Numbered from the whole stretch's first letter, positions 26,640 to 39,602 are shown. The stretch: DNA of 63,931 nucleotides, filler included, from Octopus bimaculoides (GCF_001194135.2; 5 parts of 5 records of this genome joined end to end with filler, not necessarily neighbours in it); one strand, 5' to 3'. The notes: generated by a model not told the origin, from the letters alone. Program-made: numbers and translations.

Positions 26640-26858
26640 GCGATGAATGGGCAGAATCGTTAGCATGCTGGGCAAAATGCTTATCCGTATTTCGTCTCTC
26701 GTTACGTTCTGAGTTCAGATACCGACAGGGTCGACTTTGCCTTTCATCCTTTCGGGGACGATAAAATAAGGACCAGTTGAACACTGAGATCGATTTAATC
26801 AACTTAGCTCCTTCTTCCCCCACACTGCTAGCCTTGAGCCAAAATTTGAAATCAATAA
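26640..26858 (+). mobile_element. SINE family A variant, near full length
   Basis: ggcagaatcgttagcatgctgggcaaaatgctt...gtcgactttgcctttcatcctttcgggg...gataaaataag...gccttgagccaaaatttgaaatcaat. Confidence 0.85.
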
Positions 26859-27659
26859 TTTCAGAAGGGATTGTCTATGATCATCAGAATGTTGGTAAGC
26901 TTTCAATAATCCAAGTTGTTATATAGTGAGGACATAAATTCAATGAAACAAAAGCATTTGCTTTCATCTTGCTGAGAAAAATTAGGAGGAAGACAGCTAA
27001 GTACAACCTGTAAATTATATTTTCTATCGAAAAAGAATAACTTGTAAAAGGAACGAGAAACCTTTAGCTGTTGTGGAACCAGCAGCAGTTTGAGTGTTCC
27101 TCAGAAATACAATTAGAGCGCTGTTAATACTGGTGAAATAAAATGGTATAAACACTAGAGTTTTAATCAAACAGCATATCACAGACATAAAGTTTACGCT
27201 TAGAATAACCCATTACAAATTTAAGAATAACCATGAATTCCAAAAAACTTAAGTCAGGAATATATTCTTGACTGAAAAGCAGAATGAGCTAACGTGAACT
27301 TATGGCCCTCACTAACGCGAAATACGACTGGAGCTCTGTAAGCTGCAATACCAAGCCTCATGTAGCGTGTAGGTGTTTCCTTAATCCAGTTTTTTTTTTT
27401 TAATATCTAACTACAAAAGCTGTAACCTAGCTTCACTGTGCACACATTCTTGTCATAATTTTCCGTCTGCGAGAAGTTGTTTTAAAATTATTCTCCAGAT
27501 AAGTATTGTTTGAAGCACAAACTAAATGAAACTATGGTGTTGGTCTCTTTGATGTAAGCAATGTAAGTCTCCATGCATTATGACATGTCTAATTAACAAA
27601 GTCTGTATGTTTTAAATAGTTTATGGGTAGATATTAATATCTATTCAATATTACACATA

Positions 27660-27694
<35 letters not shown>

Positions 27695-27794
27695 NNNNNN
27701 NNNNNNNNNNNNNNNNNNNNNNNNNNNNNNNNNNNNNNTTAATTAATTAANNNNNNNNNNNNNNNNNNNNNNNNNNNNNNNNNNNNNNNNNNNN
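27695..27794. other. Artificial assembly joiner 44N-TTAATTAATTAA-44N
   Basis: Exactly 100 bp; the palindromic 12-mer gives stops in all six frames; the same layout occurs four times. Confidence 0.93.
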
Positions 27795-27817
27795 TATATA
27801 TATATATATATATAATG

Positions 27818-27992
27818 AGAATTTACAAAAAAATCAAAAGACAAACGCGTGTGTGTAAACAACAAACAGATGTATTAGCTCGGGAAGTGAGAAAGTCTCT
27901 TACGTTTCGAGCTACGTTCTACGATAGAAAGGAACACAGAAGCAAACAGGGAGAGAAAATAGAAAAGGGTTCAGTGGCTAGCGATCTATCAT
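27818..27992 (-). mobile_element. Repeat family C copy
   Basis: caacaaacagatgtattag...gggaagtgagaaagtct...acgtttcgagc...gaaaggaacacaga...gcgatctatcat. Confidence 0.8.
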
Positions 27993-27993
27993 A

Positions 27994-28041
<48 letters not shown>

Positions 28042-28049
28042 CATACACG

Positions 28050-28215
28050 TCAGACTTCTTTCAGTTTCCTATAACTGAATCCAGTCACGAGCCTTTGCTC
28101 GACTCTCGGCTATAATAAAAGATACTTGCACAAGTTTTGCCGCAATGTAGGATTACTTACAAGACTACATGGTTGGAAGTAAGCTTCTGAACTACACACC
28201 CATGCTCGCACCTAT
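28050..28215 (-). mobile_element. SINE family B, diverged 5' half
   Basis: cttctttcagtttcc...ggctataataaaagatacttgc...catggttggaagtaagcttc. Confidence 0.7.
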
Positions 28216-29321
28216 ATTCTCATATATGAATAACTGAGTTTGATTTTTACCCGTGCCAAGCTCTTTGTTTTTCCTTTACATTTCCAGTTACAATACTCAG
28301 AAAATAGAACTTCTCTATTCCTTTGAGTTCTCTGCTAAAATAATATTCATGGAGAGATGTTTACTTTATAAATATTCATAGTGTTTACAAACACGGACAG
28401 AGCTAAATTGGTCTCTCTAATTTGTGTAATAATGTATGCGTTGACAATGCGAATTAATTAATCGACAGCATTTTAAATTTCTTTTTATTATTTATTTGTC
28501 TGATTATCTGAAATGTAAGGTCGATGGTTTAAAACAAAATTCGTACGATTTAGCTTTGGTGTGAAAAATAAATAAATGGTTCCATCACATAGAAAGTTAT
28601 GCAATCAATTTGATTAGCTGGTAGTTTTCTTTAACCTTCATCGGAGAAAGAACCACTTTTTGTCTACAGACTGCAACAGGCAGCGGTTCTTTGGAAAACT
28701 TGGAGATATAAGATACTTGTTATATGTTTATTAAAAGACCTACTTCATAATTTATATTATATACGAATATGCATACGTTAGGGTGAGAGAGAACGAGAGA
28801 AAAAGAGAGAGTAAAATGTAGCCTTTCTTCCAAAGATATATATTTAAGACATGACTGAGTTTACTCGCGTTTTTATGAAGATTTTTAATTGTCTCTTATT
28901 GTCTTTTCGTTTCTCAGTCCATTAACTTATCTAGATCTTCACGGTTTCATTTTCTGAAGAAGGTGTAGATGATATTCGATGATATAAAATTATATATATA
29001 CATTGTCGAGTAGTATATTCTTACTTATGTCGTATAACCGATGAGGAAATAACCAGCAGTTTCGCATCTACAGTTGCACTTGATGATATTGTCGACACTT
29101 CAGACATGTTGGCAACTTCAGCATTGAAGATGCTATGTTGCTTCCAGTTAGCTTTTCTGCTGAGTTGTCTGTATTACTAAGTGTTCTAGTTGACGTGAAA
29201 CCAGTGGTAACTTTCTGACCGACTTTGTGCCAGGAATATACTACATGACAACATTAAAGCATAACCGCTTCAATTCTCTTTTAGAGTGTGCTTTTTTTCT
29301 AACTTACCGAAAACTGACTGG

Positions 29322-29356
<35 letters not shown>

Positions 29357-29398
29357 TGTATATATACATATATATGTAGGTATGTACATATATATATT

Positions 29399-29487
<89 letters not shown>

Positions 29488-29624
29488 AGAGAGAGAGAGA
29501 TGGGAAAACACATTAATAGAAACATACATGCACACATTTATATGTGTACACAAGGAGCTTTGGTATAGATTCCGTTTGGTAACTTCTCAAAAAGTATTAG
29601 TTAACCTAAACTTATATAGAAAGA

Positions 29625-30266
29625 CTAGCTGTTGGACCCGGCTTTGCTCGTGTTTTCCGTGTTGAAGTTAAGCCCACGTCTGACCTTGTTTTGAAATCTT
29701 CTACGTTCCCCCTGCCAACTATTACCCATTAAGTTGTTATATCTGCTTCCGAAAAATGCAAAGGCTGCATGAAAAATAATATCGATATGGGAATTTCCAT
29801 TCAAATTCAGGAATGAGCTCACAAATATCGATGCCAACTGATCATTTTTGAATTTTCGAAAAAATTCCGGCCTCATTCGGACTTCAGGGCATGTGATCTA
29901 TATGTGCCAAAAATCATTAAAATCGGTTGAACCGTCTGTGTGGTGTTAGAGTATCCCCAAATATTAAGTTAGAGTATTAAGGTGGCGAGCTGGCAGAAAC
30001 GTTAGCGCGCCGGGCGAAATGCTTTTCGGTATTTCGTCTGCCTTGATGTTCTCAGTTCAAATTCCGCCGAGGTCGATTTTGCCTTTCATCCTTTCGGGGT
30101 CGATAAATTAAGTACCAGTTACGCACTGGGGTCGATGTGATCGACTTAATACCTTTGTCTGTCCTTGTGTGTCCGCTCTATGTTTAGCCCCTTGTGGGCA
30201 ATAAAGAAATAAGAGTATCCCCAAACACACGCACGGACAGAGACCATTACACATGTATGTATATAA
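29625..30266 (-). mobile_element. Non-autonomous Helitron-like element, copy 1 (SINE inserted)
   Basis: Plus strand starts A|CTAG-ctgttggacccggctttgctcg (minus 3' CTAG|T with a subterminal GC-rich motif). Other end carries gtgccaaaaatcattaaaatcggttgaaccg followed by a CA-rich tract. First ~120 bp recur at 30267. Family assignment is from recalled Lep1-type features. Confidence 0.6.
29962..30211 (+). mobile_element. SINE family A, full length, 14-bp TSD
   Basis: TSD agagtatccccaaa at 29948-29961 and 30212-30225; A-box-like tggcagaaacg (29991), B-box-like gttcaaattcc (30055), tail gggcaataaagaaata. Confidence 0.93.
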
Positions 30267-30588
30267 ACTAGATGTTAGACCCGACGTTGCATGTGTTTCC
30301 GTGTTGTAGTTGAGGTGGTATTGAAATCTCCTACGTTCCACGTGCCAACCATCACCCATTAAGATGTTATATCTGGTTTGGCAGGCTGTTACATGATGAG
30401 TAAATGTGTGGCAGGTCGAGGAAAAATTGTTAGAGCAAGCGAAGGAGATTTTTTGACGGAGCGGAGTCTTTCCAGTTTACGTCGACGTGTTCAATGGTGC
30501 AGAGGACACGAATCGAAATAAGCCGTACCTTAGAGACTATTCCATCGATTTTGTTGAAATTTTACACGTGAAAAAATGCAAAAGCTGC

Positions 30589-30999
30589 ATGATCGGCTAA
30601 TTATGAGTTCGATTTCGGACGGCCAGCGTCTTGATACTTTAGTAAAACCCACATCATTTCAATTTGTTCCAGACCACTCAGGGAATGAAAAATGATGCCA
30701 CCATCCTGGCTAGGCGAGCAACCTTACATTCCTCTGATGAGGCTTAACCATCTGCACCTCATTGGACTGCAAGAACCTGAATAGAGTTGTTTTACTCAAG
30801 AACGGAGCGCACCACCTAGTCCTGATGAGGAATCCATGATGTAGGGACCTTGCGTTCAAGAGATTATCGATATACACATACACAGACAGACACACAACAC
30901 GTACACACACGTACAAACATCTATACAGAAATTCTTAATGCACACACACACACATGTATGTATATGTATGCACACATACATATAGATAGATGAATAGAG

Positions 31000-31058
<59 letters not shown>

Positions 31059-32814
31059 GCAGATGGATAATGTGTGTTCATATGTATATATGCATGCATT
31101 TATACATACATATATATGCACTTATACCTATGCATCATGCTTCTGTCTCTCCTTGTTTGTCCCCTTCATGTTTAGCGGCCTGTAGGCAATAAAGAAATTC
31201 AAATGGACAGTAAAACTCTTAGTGTCATAGGTAATCGATTTTCTCAGAGTTCTACCTACATACGATGTCCCATTGCATCTAAACTAACCTACTATATTCT
31301 GTAATAGTTCCGTATCACAGTTACATAGCCATTTGTAATATTAAACCTGATAATACTATTTGAAAAAAATTTGGCATAAAAAAATAGAATCTCGGGTAAC
31401 TATAAAAGCAAAAGGAATACGAACCGGGATTGCTGAGTATCGAACTCTCTAATTAGAATGCTCACAGTTCTTCCACCTCCTCAAACAGCACGTTATGAAT
31501 ATATGCATCCGTACCTACGCACGCAAATAGCTTTGTTGTTTGTTTTGTTTTTTTCATCATAGCTACATAACCACTACTTTTAACACTACTTTGAAACTTT
31601 TTGCATATATGCAAAATAAAAACGAAAAGAAATCAGGGGACCAAAGTTAAGTAAGGAATACGAACCTGCATTGCGGAGAGTTACATGCTCTAACTATAAT
31701 GCGGTCGGCTCTTCCACCTTCGCTAACAATGGTCACCTGTCAGCGTTTTGCAAAATAGCGTATTTAAAAGTATATGCGTCCATACCTATGCACACACACA
31801 CACACACACACACATACACACACACACACACTCGCAAACGCACACAAACGCACACTGACCGCATTACATATATTATTATTGTATACGTACATATAAGTGT
31901 AGATTAATGCAGGTATTCTTACATACATACGTACAAACTTTTGACGCTACTCCATCTCTTTCTCTTTCTCTTCCTCTATCATTTTTCCCCCTCTCGTTCT
32001 TCCTCTGTTACTACTACGTATCTCTTTTTCCCCCCTCGTACTTCCTCTCTTTCTCTTTTCCTCTCGTTGCTCACCTATTCTTCTACNNNNNNNNNNNNNN
32101 NNNNNNNNNNNNNNNNNNNNNNNNNNNNNNNNNNNNNNNNNNNNNNNNNNNNNNNNNNNNNNNNNNNNNNNNNNNNNNNNNNNNNNNNNNNNNNNNNNNN
32201 NNNNNNNNNNNNNNNNNNNNNNNNNNNNNNNNNNNNNNNNNNNNNNNNNNNNNNNNNNNNNNNNNNNNNNNNNNNNNNNNNNNNNNNNNNNNNNNNNNNN
32301 NNNNNNNNNNNNNNNNNNNNNNNNNNNNNNNNNNNNNNNNNNNNNNNNNNNNNNNNNNNNNNNNNNNNNNNNNNNNNNNNNNNNNNNNNNNNNNNNNNNN
32401 NNNNNNNNNNNNNNNNNNNNNNNNNNNNNNNNNNNNNNNNNNNNNNNNNNNNNNNNNNNNNNNNNNNNNNNNNNNNNNNNNNNNNNNNNNNNNNNNNNNN
32501 NNNNNNNNNNNNNNNNNNNNNNNNNNNNNNNNNNNNNNNNNNNNNNNNNNNNNNNNNNNNNNNNNNNNNNNNNNNNNNNNNNNNNNNNNNNNNNNNNNNN
32601 NNNNNNNNNNNNNNNNNNNNNNNNNNNNNNNNNNNNNNNNNNNNNNNNNNNNNNNNNNNNNNNNNNNNNGTGGCTTGTGTGTTTTCTCGTCTACGTTTTG
32701 TTTGCAATGTCCTGTACCTAGATATGCACCTATCCATACAGGTGGATGTCGGTATGCACATACCTGTACGTATATATGCATATACTCATTTACTATTTGT
32801 TTTTACATTTTATT

Positions 32815-32865
<51 letters not shown>

Positions 32866-33350
32866 AAATATTGCATATATGCTTCTAAACGCATTATATA
32901 TTTGTATATCTGCGAGCGTGCCTGTTTCCATGTGCGGGTGTGAAGGCACGTAGACCGCTGTGTAAGCTATTGCACATATGATCGCCTAATTATAAGTTCG
33001 ATTTCGGACCGGCCAGCGTTTTGATACTTGAGTAAGACCGGAATCATTTCAGTTTGTTCCAGATCACTCAGGATTAATGTGTATGTCATTGGCGGAATAA
33101 ACCTCAGATTACTGAAATAAGGGGCTAATCGCCAAGCCAGCCTGATGGTGTCACTCGGAAGTCTTAAACAACATAAAGCGTACTGTGTTTTGCAAGTCCT
33201 GATGAGGAATCCATGATGTGGGGATCTTGCGTTCAATAGATTATCGATATACACATACACAGAGAGAAACACAACACGTACACAGACGTACAAACATCTA
33301 TACAGAAATTCCTCATACACACACACATACACACATGTATGTATATGTAT

Positions 33351-33427
<77 letters not shown>

Positions 33428-35345
33428 TGGACAGATATAGATATAGATAGATAGACAGATAGATAGATAATGTGTGTTCATATGTATATATGCACTTATA
33501 CCTATGTATCATGCGGGAGAGGGTGTGTGTGTGTGTGTGTGTGTGAGTGTGTGTGTGTGTGTGTGGGTGCGTGCGTGCGTGCGTGCGTGTGTGTGTGCAT
33601 TCGTAGAGATGCATAAACATATAAATATAATATTTTGCTACAGGGAAGCAGGTTAGCACTGTTTGCTGAGGTTGATGAACCGAGCGCATTCTGTTTAGAG
33701 AGTTTGGTGCGTTCAAATCTGGTTTCGTATTCCTCTGAAGATAGTGTCCGCTAGAATTTTGTTTATACATTTTCTTTTTTACTTTTATATCAATTCAAAC
33801 TTAATAAGTCTTGCATTTTCATTGAAAATCATACAAGGTCAATTAGATCTAGTTTTACGTCAGTTTTTCAAATAATTTATAATTTAAAATACGCAAGCAA
33901 AATTTAGAATCAGATACTTCAGAAATGAACGAAGATTTTATGAGCAATATTTTAAGTTAATGTTTATTATACAACTTCATACCGGAAAGATAAGCATAAA
34001 CGCTCAGCCAAAGGATATTTAGACGCTACACAGTCATTTGCAATGTTACGGCATCCCACACCGAATGAGTTTTAATAAATACCGGACAATAACCGAGCCG
34101 CTAGTTCCGGAGTTCAAATTCCGCCCAGGTCGAATTAGCCTTTCATCTTATCGTGATCGATTATGTAAGTACCAGTTATGCACTGGAGTGGATGTAATCG
34201 ACTTAATGCTTCTGTCTCTCCTTGTTTGTCCCCTTTATGTTTAGCGGCCTGTAGGCAATAAAGAAATTCAAATGGACAGTAAAACTCTTAGTGTCATAGG
34301 CAATCGATTTTCTCAGAGTTCTACCTACATACGATGTCCCATTGCATCTAAACTAACCTACTATATTCTGTAATAGTTCCATATCACAGTTACATAGCCG
34401 TTCGTAATATTAAAGCTGATAATACTATTTGAAAAAAATTTGGCATAAAAAAATAGAATCTCGGGTAACCATAAAAGCAAAAGGAATACGAACCGGGATT
34501 GCTGAGTATCGAACTCTCTAATTAGAATGCTCACAGTTCTTCCACCTCCTCAAACAGCACGTTATGAATATATGCATCCGTACCTACGCACGCAAATAGC
34601 TTTGTTGNNNNNNNNNNNNNNNNNNNNNNNNNNNNNNNNNNNNNNNNNNNNNNNNNNNNNNNNNNNNNNNNNNNNNNNNNNNNNNNNNNNNNNNNNNNNN
34701 NNNNNNNNNNNNNNNNNNNNNNNNNNNNNNNNNNNNNNNNNNNNNNNNNNNNNNNNNNNNNNNNNNNNNNNNNNNNNNNNNNNNNNNNNNNNNNNNNNNN
34801 NNNNNNNNNNNNNNNNNNNNNNNNNNNNNNNNNNNNNNNNNNNNNNNNNNNNNNNNNNNNNNNNNNNNNNNNNNNNNNNNNNNNNNNNNNNNNNNNNNNN
34901 NNNNNNNNNNNNNNNNNNNNNNNNNNNNNNNNNNNNNNNNNNNNNNNNNNNNNNNNNNNNNNNNNNNNNNNNNNNNNNNNNNNNNNNNNNNNNNNNNNNN
35001 NNNNNNNNNNNNNNNNNNNNNNNNNNNNNNNNNNNNNNNNNNNNNNNNNNNNTATATATATATATATATATTGCATATATGGTTGTAAACGCATTATATA
35101 TTTGTATATCTACGACCGTCTGTGTTTCCAAGTGCGTGTGTGAAGGCACGTGGACCCATGTGTAAGCTATTGCATACATGATCGCCTAATTATAAGTTCG
35201 ATTTCGGACCGGCCAGCGTTTTGATACTTGAGTAAGACCAGAATCATTTCAGTTTGTTCCAGATCACTCAGATTAGTGAAATAAGGGGCTAATCGCCAAG
35301 CCAGCCTGATGGTGTCACTCGGAATACTTAAACAAGATAAAATGT
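30589..35345 (+). repeat. Mosaic tandem triplication, period ~2.2-2.4 kb
   Basis: atgatcg(g/c)ctaattat(g/a)agttcgatttcggac block at 30589, 32978 and 35178; 398-bp block 31141-31538 matches 34210-34607; 30830-31140 matches 33197-33514; 32870-32977 matches 35070-35177. Confidence 0.9.
34100..34268 (+). mobile_element. SINE family A, 5'-truncated (its tail is duplicated at 31141-31199)
   Basis: gagttcaaattccgcc..ggtcga...gcctttcatc...gtaagtaccagttatgcactgg...gtaggcaataaagaaat. Confidence 0.85.
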
Positions 35346-36052
35346 ACTGTGTCTTTATAGGTAATCGTGCGGGTGTTAATCTCAAGATTTACGAAAAGAT
35401 TTTCGAGAAAACTTACAGTTTGTAGGGAATATATGTTTGTCGATCGTATTTGAAAAAGATGTGTGACTCTTTTTTTTCTGTTGTTATCATGGTGAAGGAC
35501 AAGTTAGAAATAACTTATAATTCCTGCCAATTAGAATGAGGTATGTATGTATATATGTATGTAGTATTAAAATGAAACCATTAAAGTGAAACTATCATTA
35601 CAGTATCGAAATGTGATTGTTTCAGTTTTGATACTGAAATAGTTTTTTTTGACTGTCAGTGTTTCTCCTTCCTTTCTTTTTGTATTTGTTGTTGGATTGT
35701 TCGTAAAGGTTCATAAGAGAAAGTAGGAGTTGAAAGGATTTGTATTAGAAAGAGGAAATTAGATTTTATTAGGGGGAAAATGTTTACTCGTGTAGTTTTA
35801 TGGATTATATTCGTTATTAGGAATTTTGTGGAGTGAAAAAATGACGCAGTGACCTAACAAATTGTATTTAGAATATTAATTTCGATTCTTTAATCCAAGA
35901 AAGTTGGAATTGTGTAAATGCATGAATTTTAAACATACACACACACACAGAAAATCTGCCTTTTATAGTATAGATTATTGCACAAAATCGCATTCATTAG
36001 CATCGAATCTGGAACCACTTACTATGGAGTCTTGTTAGACACTATTCTAATT

Positions 36053-36242
36053 GCCATCGCTTGCCAACCGTTGTTGGTATGTTTACGTTCCCATAATTTA
36101 CTAGTTGGGCAAAAGACCCCGATAGAATAAGTACCAGAATTTTAAAAAATAGTGTTGGGGTCGATGTTTTCGATTAAAGTTTTCAAAGCATGTTCTAGCA
36201 TTGCTGCGATCCAGTGACTGGAATAAGTAACAAAACAAAAAG
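36053..36242 (+). mobile_element. SINE family B, 3' half
   Basis: catcgcttgccaaccg..gttggtatgtttacg...cgatagaataagtacc...tggggtcgat. Confidence 0.75.
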
Positions 36243-36940
36243 AAGATAATGTAGAAAACCAGCCTAACAAATACTTAGGACACTAGGTGTGCTTCAAATA
36301 TCTATCGCCAAACACCGAGTTTTTAAACAGCACCGACATAACCAACGCATACCTTTACAAAACATACACATAGTCACATACATGGGGCCTTGGACTCATG
36401 CACTCTTACAAATTCCCCAGGAAAAGAAATACGATTTCTCCAAACGTACGTTAATCATTGTGAAACCTGACTTCAAACAACATTCTTAAAGTAACAATCT
36501 TCATGAGAACAGCAGATAGAACGAAGCATCACACTCAAGAATATAGTGCACACTGCAGTGTTAGAAGCTTAAGAAAGCTATTGCCAGCTTCACGTTGGAG
36601 AATCCAGAAACGCTCGATATTAAACTAGGAAACAAATATTCCTGTCGATGATTCACACGTATGCGGTTATGTGCACCATATGTATGTGTGAGTGTGAGTC
36701 TTTAAAAGGAAATACATACGGACAGATGTATGTGTGTGCGAGTGTGTGTGTGTGTGTGTTAAGCACATAATACGTATATGTGTGTATATAAATATATCTG
36801 TGTGTATGTGTGTGTGTGTGTGTGATATGTGTGTGTGTGTATGTATANNNNNNNNNNNNNNNNNNNNNNNNNNNNNNNNNNNNNNNNNNNNNNNNNNNNN
36901 NNNNNNNNNNNNNNNNNNNNNNNNNNNNNNNNNNNNNNNN

Positions 36941-36980
<40 letters not shown>

Positions 36981-37547
36981 TTACATATATACATACATGC
37001 AAACATACATATGTACGTTCATACATGCATACACACATACATACATGCATAGGCATGAGAATCTATAGAGATATGGAATGTGAGAGATCATGAGACGTAG
37101 TGTGTTTGCATACTGCTGCTATGTATAGGTAAGAACTTTNNNNNNNNNNGAAAGACATAACAATCTTGAGTTATATTAGTTTGGACAAGTTATAAATAAT
37201 GACTCAACATCTGATGGTACGTGTGTGGGAGTGGGATCATGCTGATGTCGCTGGTAGTGGTGTTAGTAGTAGTGGTAGTAATGGCCGTGATAGTGTTACT
37301 AGTTAATAATGTGCATTAAGGTGATAATGTCGGTGGTGATAATGAAGGTAGGAGTAGTGCATGTTTGGTTTTATATTATTCCTGGAAGTCATGTTGTTAG
37401 CGAGGTTGACTGCTTGTAGAGTCGCTATGGGACCTTACAAATACTTAGCGGATGGTTTGCGCAGTGAGTTCAAATCCTGTCCCAAAGTCAGCTTTACCTT
37501 TCATCCCATTAGAGTTGAGTAATAATATGCTAATAAAGTTATCTTTA

Positions 37548-37756
37548 CGACAAGATACTGAAAAGTACCTGGCTTTAAGGGTGTCGCGAAAGGCCTGGTT
37601 GGAGGCCCAACCTTCTGAATTCTTTTACAGGACTTAGAAAACCTGAAGGACCGCTGCAATAAGTGTGTGAATTTGAGAAGGGAATGAAATCATAATTAAC
37701 CGATCCTCCTGTATTTTATTTTTACCCAAAGCCAGGAAATTTTCAGCACTCCCTCG
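37548..37756 (+). mobile_element. Internally deleted mariner (MITE-like, 209 bp), TA flanks
   Basis: TA-cgacaagatactgaaaagtacctggcttt versus aaagccaggaaattttcagcactccctcg-TA; interior ENLKDRCNKCVNLR resembles the mariner transposase C-terminus. Confidence 0.75.
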
Positions 37757-38044
37757 TAGCTCTCTCTGGATCTAGTTAAGTTTCTTCCAATCACTTACAA
37801 ATAATCAGGACAACACATTATGTGACGAAGATGTTGGTAGACGTTTTGTTGTTGCTTGGTTTCTTTTTTACATTTATAGAGCACCAATGCATCATAACAC
37901 GGTCCTAAATTCATAGTGACATGACTTTAAGGGCTTGTAACTTCTTTAATATTAAATTTTATCATTCGTAATCAGAAGCTAATCCTATATATTAATAACA
38001 AACACATATACAGCATGTTTGAGAGTAGTGTTTGTAATTATGGC

Positions 38045-38255
38045 TTTAAATGTTGGTACAAGGCCTTCATTTTCGTGGGATCAGGTAAGTCCATTACATC
38101 GATTACAGTACTCGACTGGTCCTTATTTTATTAACCCCGAAAGGATGAAAGAAAAAGTCGACACGGCAGAATTTGAACACTAAAGGCAAAAGCAGATGAA
38201 ATGCCGCTATGCCTTTTTCTTGGTTGCTGACGTCTTTATCAGATCACCGCCTTCA
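38045..38255 (-). mobile_element. SINE family A variant
   Basis: ggtacaaggcc...attacatcga...ttattttattaaccccgaaaggatgaaag...gtcgac...gaatttgaac. Confidence 0.8.
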
Positions 38256-39602
38256 GTGTTTGCAATATAAAACATTATAGACGTGTGTGTGTAGTTTAAG
38301 GAAGAGTTGGTTGCTATTTCTAGCAGGTAACGAGACCACATAAAAATTTCGACTTCGTTGTGTATGCTGATTTCCATGAAAATACTGGCAATGAAGATTT
38401 TCGATTAGCTAAAATTACATAACTTTAAATAAATACTTGTAACTTTAATATTAATTTCTAAATTAAAAAAGAAAAATGAATGCGATCTTCATCAGCATGC
38501 AAAACTACATCAAAACAATATTTCTATTGAGAATATTCTGGCGAAAATTTGAAAAACCTTTGAAGTGGTTGGGAGATATTTAACAAGGTCTCTCCCTTTC
38601 TCTCTCTTATTATTTCAGAAGAGTCTACACTGCAACGTGAGAAGTTCGTGACTCACAGCGTCTTTTGCCACCAATAAATTGATTATGGTTAAGAGAATGA
38701 GAGGGGAGAGGGGGATGGAGAGCGTGAGAGAGAGCTAGCGACATCTTTCCTACCATTTTATAAAACCGCACTCCTGCTAAAAGAGAAGATTATGGTGAGC
38801 GTGGACGAACGGATGTATATAACATTAAAAACTTGCTGTTAGTGATGAAGGAAAGCATTATGTTTGTAGTTCAGAAATGATGGAGCCAGTTGCTGGTGCG
38901 ATGCACAGTTGTGATGACACGTTATGTGAAGATGATGCAAAGATGTTGTAAAGTTACTGGTGACTATAGAAGAGTTGTTCTGCGTTTGGTAATCGTTGTT
39001 ATTTAAGCCCATTACTGAAGCCTGATCGAGCAGCTCTTTGATCAAAGGGTTTCCACTCAAAGAATACTGATGTTTTTCTTGTCTTTGTTTTTCTTTTCTT
39101 TTCTTTTCTTTTTTCTTTTTTTTTTCTTTTTGGACGTATGTAAGAAGTAGATTCCTTCATGTGTCTTCGCCTTATTTAGGTAGGTAAAAGCGATTTTGAT
39201 TTGAGGGAGATCTAGATGCTATTTCTCGCAGATGAGCGACAATATAGAGCAATACTTCTCAATTTTTTTTAATATCGCCTCCCTTGTTTTACAAACATTT
39301 TTTCGGCGTTCTTTTCTAAAAAGTCAACAAATTTATATAAATACACCACAAAATATCGCTGCTGACGAATTAATTACCATTAATAAAAACGGTCTACGCT
39401 AGCTGTGTGCTTAAGCAACAGTACTATTCATCTGCGCTTTGCATGGAACCAGTAATTGTTCAATTCTGGCATATATGAACGTAGACAAAAGCAAGGCGCG
39501 GCAAGGCAAATTTAATATGACTGTCGTAATAGATTCATTAGATTCATTTGAAGTTATATGAAAATTATTTGGAAATATAAGGAGGAAACTTGTTCTTATT
39601 GT

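Larger units (their letters stand above)
30268..35974 (-). mobile_element. Putative composite Helitron-like element, copy 2 (~5.7 kb including gaps)
   Basis: Minus strand begins A|TC at 35975/35974 (plus ...acacacagaaaatctgccttttatagtataGA-T) and ends CTAG|T at 30268; the 30267 end is homologous to copy 1. That both ends belong to one element is inferred. Confidence 0.45.

Noticed and set aside
26865-26894. 30-nt micro-exon candidate (tttcAG|...|GTAAGC, EGIVYDHQNV)
   Set aside because: Such signals arise by chance in 64 kb; no supporting gene. RNA-seq would be needed.
29030-29260. Ser/Thr-rich short open frames on both strands
   Set aside because: Stops and frameshifts are present and splice sites are unconvincing.
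25040-30110. tRNA-like A/B boxes read as tRNA genes; spaced repeats read as CRISPR
   Set aside because: The boxes belong to SINE heads without a cloverleaf; no constant repeat-spacer array exists.
30740-33215. CTGATGAG motifs in the tandem units as hammerheads
   Set aside because: No stem II followed by GAAA at the right spacing.
38839-39060. Protein-looking minus ORF GNPLIKELLDQASVMG...LHH
   Set aside because: Upstream is the A-rich tail of a repeat with no polypyrimidine acceptor or ATG; His richness follows CAT-like sequence.
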